This document shows, in pieces, positions 1 through 6,687 of a stretch of 16,286 nt of DNA. The stretch is from an uncultured bacterium (GTDB lineage Bacteria; Desulfobacterota_D; UBA1144; Nemesobacterales; UBA2774). The position numbers were made by a program, and so were the translations under genes. Within the stretch, counting starts at the first letter, position 1. Each line of letters starts with the position of its first letter. Under the pieces are notes generated by a model. The model worked only from the letters and a program-made list of their open reading frames with translations, ran no database searches and had not been told where the DNA came from. Location of the stretch: NCBI GenBank assembly GCA_963705505.1, contig CAVPJU010000004.1, positions 1-16,286 of the forward strand, in the 5' to 3' direction.

Positions 1-132
1 GGACGCCGCCGGTCATGTGCAACACCGTCATAATCGCGGCTGGAAGCCGCTCCTGCGGATGTAAGGGGCCCTAAGTGATGGGGCTTGCACAAGAGCTTCG
101 GTGAGATCGTACATGAACACACATTGTGTGTG

Positions 133-206
133 CGCGCCCGGAGGGACTTGAACCCCCAACCTCTTGATCCGTAGTCAAGCACTCTATCCAATTGAGCTAC
201 GGGCGC
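133..206 (-). tRNA. tRNA-Arg (anticodon ACG), CCA not encoded
   Basis: Reverse complement GCGCCCGTAGCTCAATTGGATAGAGTGCTTGACTACGGATCAAGAGGTTGGGGGTTCAAGTCCCTCCGGGCGCG folds as a cloverleaf, with anticodon arm CTTGA-CT ACG GA-TCAAG and T-loop TTCAAGT. Confidence 0.97.
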
Positions 207-522
207 GTGTAAGGAGTAGATTAGTTTACTGAAATTGGAGGGTTCATCAATAGGGAAAGGGAGTCCGGGCGCTTATTGCGCGCCCGACGGGGGTAGGTTT
301 TTGCCGGAGTTAAGTGACTGTGGTGCTAAGTTAGCCAGGGCATCCGATTGCTCACTCGTTCGCAATCGTAGCTACGGGCGCGTGTAAGGAGTAGATTAGT
401 TTACTGAAATTGGAGGGTTCATCAATAGGGAAAGGGAGTCCGGGCGCTTATTGCGCGCCCGACGAGGGTAGGTTTTTGCCGGAGTTAAGTGACTGTGGTG
501 CTAAGTTAGCCAGGGCGTCCGA
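195..522. repeat. Tandem duplication of 153 bp (195-347 and 370-522, period 175) containing the tRNA-Arg promoter and the first 12 nt of the tRNA
   Basis: Direct alignment shows two mismatches (290/465, 342/517). A hairpin element lies at the junction. Confidence 0.95.
223..250 (-). promoter_or_regulatory. Sigma70-type promoter of tRNA-Arg (TTGATG-N16-TAAACT); second copy at 398-425
   Basis: Minus strand reads TTGATG AACCCTCCAATTTCAG TAAACT, ending 16 nt before the mature tRNA 5' end. Confidence 0.6.
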
Positions 523-597
523 GACTACACCTACTTCGAATCGATTCAAGCTTAAATTTAACGGAAATCTACAATATGTTTGGATTAAGAATATTCG

Positions 598-624
598 AAA
601 AGTGTCAGAACATCTGACACTTTT
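598..624. promoter_or_regulatory. Palindromic upstream activator site (enhancer-binding-protein type, TGTCA-N7-TGACA core)
   Basis: AAAAGTGTCAGA-ACA-TCTGACACTTTT has perfect 12-bp arms and is centred ~80 bp upstream of a sigma54 -24 element. Confidence 0.65.
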
Positions 625-689
625 GATAGACCTTAATTCGCTCAGCAATAAATAGCCAACTTATATAGGGAGTTATAGTAATACCAATG

Positions 690-705
690 TGGCATAAAAT
701 ATGCA
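690..705 (+). promoter_or_regulatory. Sigma54 (-24/-12) promoter
   Basis: TGGCATAAAATATGCA has exact GG-N10-GC spacing, is close to consensus TGGCAC-N5-TTGCA, and lies ~45 bp before the ATG at 748. Confidence 0.7.
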
Positions 706-747
706 CGTTAAATTATAATGAAATAACGGTATTTGGGGGTGAATATA

Positions 748-1113
748 ATGTGTAAATTCAACAAAGTTGTTTCAATTATAGCAGGCGTAGTGATTCTGAG
801 TGTTTTATTTCTATTAAGTTTTTTGTTGGTTCCGTTTGCTTTTATTATTGCTCTTGTTTCACTGGTTGCCGGATCCATCTACTTGCTAAAGGAAGATCAC
901 AGCTTGTCCCATAGATCCGCGATGAAGTCGTTTTACTGTCCGTTCAGGAAGATGACAGTGGAAGCGAAGTTTCGACCGAGTATCTTTACATATAGAACTT
1001 ACGATGACGTTCTCAAATGCTCTGCATTCGAAGACAAAGTGAGATGCCGGAAAAGATGCCTGGATATGCCGGAGCTTAAATCTGATTCTCAACCAGAGGC
1101 TGTCATCCACTGA
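748..1113 (+). CDS. Hypothetical membrane protein: N-terminal TM hairpin and C-terminal four-Cys domain
   Basis: ATG at 748 follows a GGGGTG SD. A ~40-aa hydrophobic stretch precedes CPF...DVLKCSAF...CRKRC. Confidence 0.8.
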   Translation: MCKFNKVVSIIAGVVILSVLFLLSFLLVPFAFIIALVSLVAGSIYLLKEDHSLSHRSAMKSFYCPFRKMTVEAKFRPSIFTYRTYDDVLKCSAFEDKVRCRKRCLDMPELKSDSQPEAVIH

Positions 1114-1248
1114 ATCCGGGTTGACCTATTGCACTCGGTCTGTTTCCCGGTTAGTGATGGGGTCTTTGCCCTGAGGAGCGCCCGGGCTCATCCCGAACGG
1201 GAAAAATACGTGGTCAGATCCGCCAAATTCGATGGAAATTAGAGGGGG

Positions 1249-1322
1249 GTAGGGGGCGAAAATATCAGGGTACGTAGGGGACAAATTCTTCCCCTACGTA
1301 GGGGTCAAAAACTTCCACCCTA
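1249..1322. repeat. Three ~24-nt iteron-like repeats (GTAGGGG..AAA) with nested palindromes
   Basis: GTAGGGG occurs at 1249, 1274 and 1298. TACGTAGGGGA-N8-TCCCCTACGTA spans 1271-1300 and palindrome CCCCTACGTAGGGG spans 1291-1304. Confidence 0.7.
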
Positions 1323-1470
1323 ATACATAAGAAGAATATAATAAGAAGAGTATAAGAACATACATATTCTCCAGTCTGAAAAACAGACTGTCGAATATGT
1401 GGTCGTTTGACTAATTGACAATTTTGGATATGTGGACATTGTGCGGTGAGGGTGACAAGTTAAAGGATGA

Positions 1471-1495
1471 GATACTGAATCGAGTTCAGGATGAC
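1471..1495. repeat. REP-like short palindrome (GAT.CTGAA-TCGAG-TTCAGGATGAC)
   Basis: Hairpin ending in ATGAC, like other REP-type palindromes in the window. Confidence 0.55.
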
Positions 1496-1745
1496 GAACT
1501 AGAAGCAAAAACCCCCTTGTGAATTTCTGAATCCTGGGATAGTTTATATTCTTAAGGGATATGCTATATATGATAGCTGGATAGCATATTGATATGGGTT
1601 ATATGCCGCAGGGACATAGGTTTTAAGAATGAAATGTCGTAGTTGGAGTAGCTTTGGTGTGATTTTGGTAAAGCATCGGTGTAAAATGCGCCTCCTCCGT
1701 CGAGGGGGGGAAGGTGTTTAAACATTGCAGGTGGGAGTGTCCGAT

Positions 1746-2885
1746 TCAGTCGCCCGACCGGACACCAACGTGAATCTTCTCTTCTTTGACTTTTATGGTA
1801 ATCACCTGGTTTAATACATCGGCGAACTTCTCTCCTCCCTTCCTGGAGAAGTGACCGTAATCTACGAAATCATCGGGTTCCCAATCCACATTTAGGACGC
1901 CGTCCACGTACATGCATCTAGGGTCGTCTTTTGAACAGACGTCACGCATGAAGAGGTTGAGCCTGTCCATGAGGCGCGGCATCGCGCTGTTCTGTACATG
2001 CCCCCCCGCGAACCAATTGCAATCCGTATCGTCTCCGTGGGTTAGAAACTCATCGTAATTCAGCACTTGGGGGACGAAGAGTGTGTAGGGTGCTACACGC
2101 TCCGATAAGAGTTTAAGTGTTTCGAGGTTCCGAACGTATACGCTGTCCACGTCAGGGTCTGGCGCATCGAACTTCTTACAGGGTGCGGAATCAGCACCCC
2201 GGAAGAATTTATTCTTGATCTTAGTCGCGAATTTTACAATTGCGGACAGCCCTTCGAGCCTTCCCATCAGAGATTGATTCTGCTCGACCGGTAGCACCAG
2301 GACGGCATACATATCCATGCCGTGATTGTAATAGTCAGGGCTGTCGCCCGTGTGGTACCGAAATATATCGTTCCAGCCCTCGTATAAAACAATGATATCG
2401 GGTTTGATCGCCGGGACGATCAGAGACATTTGTATTATGGCTTCAGCGGTCGAAAAGCTCGGAACTCCGTAGTTGATGACACTATATCCATCCCCGAGTC
2501 TGGCTTGAAGCAGCGCCGGCCAGGTGTCCGCATCAGTAACGCCTGTACCGAACGTACTAGACCCGCCGAGCACAGCCACTCTGATGAGCTTGCTGTCGTC
2601 TTCAGGGGCGCCCGTCCATCGTGTATTCCTGTCCGTGATCGTTATAGTTTTATTGCTTTGATAATCATTGACTACTGTGTCCTTTTTTGGTCTTGCGACA
2701 AGAAATGGGTGCGGCTCGAATACTTGACCGTATTCGTATCCGACAAGCTGGTAAACGAATTTGCCATGCCTAAGATAGTAAGCCAGTTGACCGCCAACCT
2801 CGATAACTACCATCAATGTGCAAATCACCGCGATGTTCACGATTATAATTAATAAAACTTTTCTTACACGGCCGGACTGACCCAT
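1746..2885 (-). CDS. SGNH/GDSL hydrolase family protein with N-terminal membrane anchor
   Basis: Blocks VAVLGGSSTFG (I), INYGVPS (II), EGWND (III) and DYGH (V), plus an N-terminal TM helix; 379 aa. Confidence 0.9.
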   Translation of the reverse strand: MGQSGRVRKVLLIIIVNIAVICTLMVVIEVGGQLAYYLRHGKFVYQLVGYEYGQVFEPHPFLVARPKKDTVVNDYQSNKTITITDRNTRWTGAPEDDSKLIRVAVLGGSSTFGTGVTDADTWPALLQARLGDGYSVINYGVPSFSTAEAIIQMSLIVPAIKPDIIVLYEGWNDIFRYHTGDSPDYYNHGMDMYAVLVLPVEQNQSLMGRLEGLSAIVKFATKIKNKFFRGADSAPCKKFDAPDPDVDSVYVRNLETLKLLSERVAPYTLFVPQVLNYDEFLTHGDDTDCNWFAGGHVQNSAMPRLMDRLNLFMRDVCSKDDPRCMYVDGVLNVDWEPDDFVDYGHFSRKGGEKFADVLNQVITIKVKEEKIHVGVRSGD

Positions 2886-3041
2886 GGTATGTTAGATCCC
2901 CCCGTTGAGTATCGAATCTACATATTATCACTAGTTTTATATCAAAGTCTATATATAACTTGTTATCAGCATCTATTTCCGATTGAGCCATGTTCGTGTG
3001 CGTGAAATTTCGGGAAAGTCGTATATGATATTTGACCTGTT

Positions 3042-3665
3042 ATGAATAAGCTTGAAGAGATGCTGGACAAGGAAGTCGGTGACTATCTCGAAAGGGTGGA
3101 AGGAATGGACGAGGTTAAGGCGCTTCTATCGGGGGAAATCTCCCGGGATGATTACATAAAGTTCCTCAAGACCTTCTACATCATCGAGTACATAAGCCGG
3201 GAGGCCGTGCTCAGGGCCGCCGAGAATACCGAGAATACGAACCCATATCTCGCTGCTAGGTTCCGTACGTGCGCGCGCGGGGAGGAGGGGCACGCGGAGA
3301 TTGCGCTTGAGGACCTGGCCGGAATGGGAATCAACGGAGTGGATATGTCGAAATACCCCGTTGCGCTCGAATATGATGAATTTCTCCAGCGGGAGGCCGA
3401 CAAGTTCCCCCTCGCTATACTCGGGCATTCCTATCTCTTCGAGAACGCGTCGGGGATCATGTTCCCCAAGCACAAAAAGCAGCCTTACCCTTCCAGGTTC
3501 ATCGAGGTTCACGCGAAAGAAGACCCCAAGCACTCGATCGCCATAAAGAAGACCGTCAGGAAGATCGAGCCCGAGCTCAAGCGTGGTCAGAAGGAAGAGG
3601 TAGTCAGGTTCGCGCACGAGAGCGGTGAGTTTTTGCTGAGGGTGTTCGAGAGTATGGGGGAATGA
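3042..3665 (+). CDS. Heme-oxygenase-like iron-containing redox enzyme (HDO/PqqC-TenA-like fold)
   Basis: 207-aa helical protein with candidate metal ligands in GEEGH, YLFE and EVHAKEDPKH. Confidence 0.75.
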   Translation: MNKLEEMLDKEVGDYLERVEGMDEVKALLSGEISRDDYIKFLKTFYIIEYISREAVLRAAENTENTNPYLAARFRTCARGEEGHAEIALEDLAGMGINGVDMSKYPVALEYDEFLQREADKFPLAILGHSYLFENASGIMFPKHKKQPYPSRFIEVHAKEDPKHSIAIKKTVRKIEPELKRGQKEEVVRFAHESGEFLLRVFESMGE

Positions 3666-3803
3666 GGAGTCTTCCGACTCTGTGATATGTTCCGCTGTTC
3701 TTGTTTTTAAAAGATAGATTTCACACGTTCTTTCCAAAATCCTAAATAATGCTGAGATTACTACACCGCTGTCGAAATGAGAAAGATAAAGCGAAAATAA
3801 TAT

Positions 3804-4040
3804 CTTCTTTGTCTTGATACAAAGAAGCAAAAATCAAGACAGCACAGAATTGTGCTAAAAATCCCTCGTTAACGCTAAAATGTTTTAATTCCGCCCACAA
3901 TTGGTATTAAGGCTTAGCTAAGCAAGACTCATGACATAATTGCATTTAGCGAATGGCGTCCGATTCCTTGTTTGCTCGGAATCGTCCCGTAAAACATTTT
4001 TCGTGCGTTAACAAGCGATTTTCTTGACGCAAATTCTGTG
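3804..4040 (+). ncRNA. Structured RNA/repeat element with 5' pseudoknot and long interrupted hairpin (Flavo-1-like by recollection)
   Basis: Hairpin CTTCTTTGT-CTTGAT-ACAAAGAAG whose loop region pairs with downstream ATCAAGAC. Nested stems: CACAGAATT/AATTCTGTG, AAAATC/GATTTT, GTTAACGC/GCGTTAAC, AAAATGTTTTA/TAAAACATTTT. Confidence 0.55.
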
Positions 4041-4127
4041 AATGTCGGGAAAGAGAAATACGGGATTGCTGCGCGGAGCTGATCCTGAGCTTGTCGAAAG
4101 GAAGCCGCTCCAACAAAGGGGTGAGCT

Positions 4128-4427
4128 TCACCGCCGCCTGGGAGCTTTGTTCCAAGTAACTATTCCGGCGGCGACGCAGTGTTTGCAGAATAAATCTTCC
4201 CTCGACGTGCATGTGCATCTCCACCTGAGCCCTTCGGGTGTGGACATAAACGTAACCGTCCTCTTCACTCCGCCGGGAGGAGTCACGTTCGCCACTACCT
4301 TTAACGGACCGAATTCAACAAGCTCGACGCCGTCATTCTCCACGATTTCCTGACCGAGGCGGAAGTTGGAGCTCGACGAAAATCTGAGCAGGGCTTCTTC
4401 ATCTGTTAGATCGGCGACGGAGGGCAT
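4128..4427 (-). CDS. SWIM zinc-finger family protein
   Basis: CxC-x7-CxH motif (WRCTCTSREDLFCKHCVA) and a GGAG SD upstream. Confidence 0.85.
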   Translation of the reverse strand: MPSVADLTDEEALLRFSSSSNFRLGQEIVENDGVELVEFGPLKVVANVTPPGGVKRTVTFMSTPEGLRWRCTCTSREDLFCKHCVAAGIVTWNKAPRRR

Positions 4428-4461
4428 AGCGGCTGCTCCATGCGGATTTTTACAGCGGTAA

Positions 4462-4914
4462 TTACTGTTCTGCCATCTCTTTTATCTTCGGAAGTACGAC
4501 GTCCCACCCCGCTTCCGCGCTCATGAACCGGTTTCGGCCGTCAGGCATTGCGCCGAAATCGCCCTGGGTCACTGAAAGGTCGGTGGATCCTTTTGCGGGG
4601 GTGAGCTCGATCGTCACGGTCGAATAGTTCGAGGGTATGTCCTCGATGCCGGAGTTGGGGTCGAACACGGTGAATTGAAAGAGCTTATCGGTGTCGAGTT
4701 TGAGCAGGCTCCCTTTTACGTAAACTATTCCGTCGGCCATGCCTTTCCATAAGAGAGGGCTCCCGATCTTCCAGTCGGAGATCACCTCACATCCGAACAT
4801 GTATTTCTTGGTATGCTCCGGGTTCGTGAGGATCTCCCAGACTTTCGAGGCAGGAGCGTTGATTCTTGTGGATTTTTCTAGGACGAGCTTTTTTGCCATG
4901 GCTGTGGTGTCCAT
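4462..4914 (-). CDS. SRPBCC/AHSA1-like domain protein
   Basis: Typical INAPASKVWEILTNPE...ISDWKIGSP...TDLSVTQ...GWDVVLPKIK pattern. Confidence 0.9.
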   Translation of the reverse strand: MDTTAMAKKLVLEKSTRINAPASKVWEILTNPEHTKKYMFGCEVISDWKIGSPLLWKGMADGIVYVKGSLLKLDTDKLFQFTVFDPNSGIEDIPSNYSTVTIELTPAKGSTDLSVTQGDFGAMPDGRNRFMSAEAGWDVVLPKIKEMAEQ

Positions 4915-4940
4915 TTATTCCGAATATTTTTATAATCACA

Positions 4941-4969
4941 GTTATACCTTCTGCGAGGCGGTTTCGCAA
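4941..4969 (-). promoter_or_regulatory. Putative sigma70 promoter of the SRPBCC-SWIM pair (TTGCGA-N17-TATAAC)
   Basis: Spacing is 17 nt and the -10 ends ~27 nt before the start codon. Confidence 0.45.
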
Positions 4970-4996
4970 TAAAATTTTCTGTTTATGGGTGGAGGG

Positions 4997-5153
4997 AATG
5001 ACAGGCTATGCAGTGCGGAGGAGTGAAGCAGATGTCGGGTATGAGCACAGATTGTGTACGTCCTTCGACTTGGCTCAGGACGAACGGTTGGGGCTTCGGT
5101 TGTTGGGATTTGCAGAGGAGAAGTGCAGGAATCGTAGAATCGCACTATGTGCG
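4997..5153. repeat. Dispersed repeat module, copy B (abuts tRNA-Ser 3' end)
   Basis: Collinear with 6688-6872: AATGACAGG..TGCGGAG..GCAG..TATGAGCACAGATT..GTCCTTCGAC..CAGGACGAACGG..TGTTG..ATCGTA..CGCAC-TAT-GTGCG. Confidence 0.8.
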
Positions 5154-5156
5154 TGG

Positions 5157-5250
5157 TGGCGGAGAGGGAGGGATTTGAACCCTCGAAGGGAGTTTAAGCC
5201 CCCTTACTCGCTTAGCAGGCGAGCGCCTTCGACCACTCGGCCACCTCTCC
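5157..5250 (-). tRNA. tRNA-Ser (anticodon GCT), CCA encoded
   Basis: Reverse complement GGAGAGGTGGCCGAGTGGTCGAAGGCGCTCGCCTGCTAAGCGAGTAAGGGGGCTTAAACTCCCTTCGAGGGTTCAAATCCCTCCCTCTCCGCCA, with a long variable arm. Confidence 0.98.
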
Positions 5251-5298
5251 TCGTTAAGTCTCTCGGGAAGTAACTACTCTACTTTATTGAGAACATAT

Positions 5299-5327
5299 AA
5301 AGTAACCAAACAGGGGGGTAGTGTCAA
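5299..5327 (-). promoter_or_regulatory. Sigma70 promoter of tRNA-Ser (TTGACA-N17-TACTTT)
   Basis: Consensus -35, 17-nt spacer, about 50 nt upstream of the tRNA. Confidence 0.7.
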
Positions 5328-5364
5328 CGAAAGGGGCTGGATGGTGGCTGCCTTTTCGTTTCGA

Positions 5365-5522
5365 TTCCTTCCCCCCTCCGAGGGGGAAGGTTAGGATGGG
5401 GGGGGCACCTTGAAATTACAAATTGAAAAAAATGGATTCCCGATAAAGGCGTTTGGGAATGACGGAAATAATAAGGTAAACCCCCACCCGCGCCCTCCCC
5501 CTTTTAAAGAAAAGGGGGAGGG
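5365..5522. repeat. Cluster of REP-like palindromes (CCTTCCCCC..GGGGGAAGG; TGGATTCCCGATAAAG..GGGAATGAC at 5433-5463; CCCTCCCCCTTTT..AAAAGGGGGAGGG)
   Basis: Three adjacent hairpins. The 31-nt unit recurs at 10625-10655 with 28/31 identity. Confidence 0.7.
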
Positions 5523-5534
5523 ATATAAATGAGC

Positions 5535-5610
5535 GGACGAATGGGTTGGGCTTCGGTTGTTGGCTAATGCAGGACAGTCACGGATAGATCATAGAACCAC
5601 ACATTGTGTG
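5535..5610. repeat. Dispersed repeat module, copy C (abuts terminator 3' end)
   Basis: GGACGAA..GGGCTTCGGTTGTTGG..TGCAG..GATCATAGAACCACACATTGTGTG; 76 nt, as in copy B. Confidence 0.8.
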
Positions 5611-5612
5611 CC

Positions 5613-5665
5613 AAAAAAAGGGAGCGTCAGGAATCGTGTTCTCAAGGAACATATTCCTGACGCTC
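5613..5665 (-). terminator. Rho-independent terminator downstream of the RHH/hicAB-fusion operon
   Basis: 13-bp stem GAGCGTCAGGAAT/ATTCCTGACGCTC with an inner stem, followed by CC-T7 on the minus strand. Confidence 0.8.
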
Positions 5666-5775
5666 TAAGGGGGGGTATGGGGTTATGTCGTTATTTGTGC
5701 TGTATTACTTTGCTCTCTTATCAGGGTCTTACGGCCCTGATGTCGGCAGCCCGATAAAACGGGAAGCTGCCGACA

Positions 5776-6198
5776 TCAGGAGGCTTGCCTGATCTCAAAA
5801 AAGGCCGACGTGTTCCCCGGCTCCGAAACCAGAACACCGTCCTGCCTCAATCCCTCGAGGTGAAGGCGTACGGAGCCGAGCATGAGCTCCTTCGTTTCCT
5901 CGAGTGTATCTCCTATGGCGACGCAGCCGGGGAGGTCCGGACAGTAAGCCGAATAGCAGTCGCCTGACTGCTCTATGGTGATCTCATAGTGTTCTTTATG
6001 TATTACTTCCTGTGAATCGAAACAGTGCTTGAGTGAATAAAAAAGGGCGCCTTCCGGAAGCTCCTTATCCATTTTGCAGTTGATAGTGAGCCTCGACTTT
6101 TTGCTTCTGAGCTTGAACTGACGGTGACTTCCGCAAATCCTCACGAGATACCATCCGTTGTTTTCCACCAGGAACTTGATTACTTCTCTCACTTTCAT
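5776..6198 (-). CDS. Single-chain HicA toxin-HicB antitoxin fusion protein (no DNA-binding domain)
   Basis: N-half MKVREVIK..GWYLVRICGSHRQFK..ELPEG is HicA-like. C-half YEITIEQ..YSAYCPDLPGCVAIGDTLEETKELM..LHLEGLRQDG..EP is the HicB N-terminal domain. The frame is continuous. ATG 6198 is preferred (GAGG 9 nt upstream); 6207 is an alternative. Confidence 0.88.
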   Translation of the reverse strand: MKVREVIKFLVENNGWYLVRICGSHRQFKLRSKKSRLTINCKMDKELPEGALFYSLKHCFDSQEVIHKEHYEITIEQSGDCYSAYCPDLPGCVAIGDTLEETKELMLGSVRLHLEGLRQDGVLVSEPGNTSAFFEIRQAS

Positions 6199-6239
6199 CT
6201 TTCCCATCCTCGCTTTAAGTATTTTTGAAGCGGCGCCTT

Positions 6240-6458
6240 TTAGCCGTCCTTCCTGTACATCAGCACGTTATCGAACTCCTTGCCCGTCATGTGGTTGTCG
6301 AGGTACTCGGCGATTGCCTCCTCGATTATCTTCGACTGGCTTTTCCTGGAGACGAAAGAGAAGAGCCTCAGCTTCTCGTAGAGGAGTGAGGGAATGTAGA
6401 GAGAGCCTCTGTGCATCTTCTCAGGATTTGCCCGCTGTTGTATTGTTCCCGCCGTCAT
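6240..6458 (-). CDS. Ribbon-helix-helix (CopG-like) DNA-binding protein
   Basis: Beta-strand RGSLYIP, helix SLLYEKLRLFS, helix SQSKIIEEAIAEYL; lies directly upstream of the fusion gene. Confidence 0.8.
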   Translation of the reverse strand: MTAGTIQQRANPEKMHRGSLYIPSLLYEKLRLFSFVSRKSQSKIIEEAIAEYLDNHMTGKEFDNVLMYRKDG

Positions 6459-6464
6459 GCACTC

Positions 6465-6493
6465 ATTATTACATCATTACGTAATGATGTCAA
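6465..6493 (-). promoter_or_regulatory. Sigma70 promoter TTGACA-N17-(TGn)AATAAT containing perfect 20-bp operator ACATCATTACGTAATGATGT (6471-6490)
   Basis: Read directly from the sequence. The -10 ends 6 nt before the RHH ATG, implying a leaderless transcript. Confidence 0.8.
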
Positions 6494-6687
6494 TATGGTA
6501 TTTTATTAAGTGGAAAAAATAGTTTACGCGGAATGTAATTTGCCGTAATTCCGGCGGGTTAGGCCGGGAGGTGAGGGCCGCTGCGGGTGTGAATGACAGT
6601 GCGTTTCGTATAATTTCTGGATAGGATTGGGGGAGGGGTTCGGTATGAGTGGGTTTATACGGATTAGATTTCTCACGTAAAGTTCGA

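Noticed and set aside
410..655. 81-aa ORF and its antisense 66-aa ORF
   Set aside because: They run through the duplicated tRNA promoter and enhancer palindrome and have no protein features.
3126..3830. 234-aa minus-strand ORF and other shadow ORFs (e.g. 2430-2852, 6977-7423, 8108-8518, 15344-15778)
   Set aside because: Antisense or alternate frames of better-supported genes, expected in GC3-rich or repetitive coding DNA.
5154..5159. CCACCA at the tRNA-Ser 3' end as a degradation tag
   Set aside because: That tag is added post-transcriptionally; a genomic extra CCA is probably chance trailer sequence.
133..5250. tRNA-anchored integrative element or prophage
   Set aside because: No integrase or phage genes and no duplicated tRNA 3' end in the window.
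4866..5273. 135-aa ORF, plus ORFs 6524-6739, 6673-6903 and 6689-6970
   Set aside because: They overlap a tRNA or repeat modules and show no coding signal.
5715..5780. SAM-I riboswitch (starts CTCTTATCAG)
   Set aside because: The conserved core is absent and no sense gene lies downstream; simple hairpins explain it.
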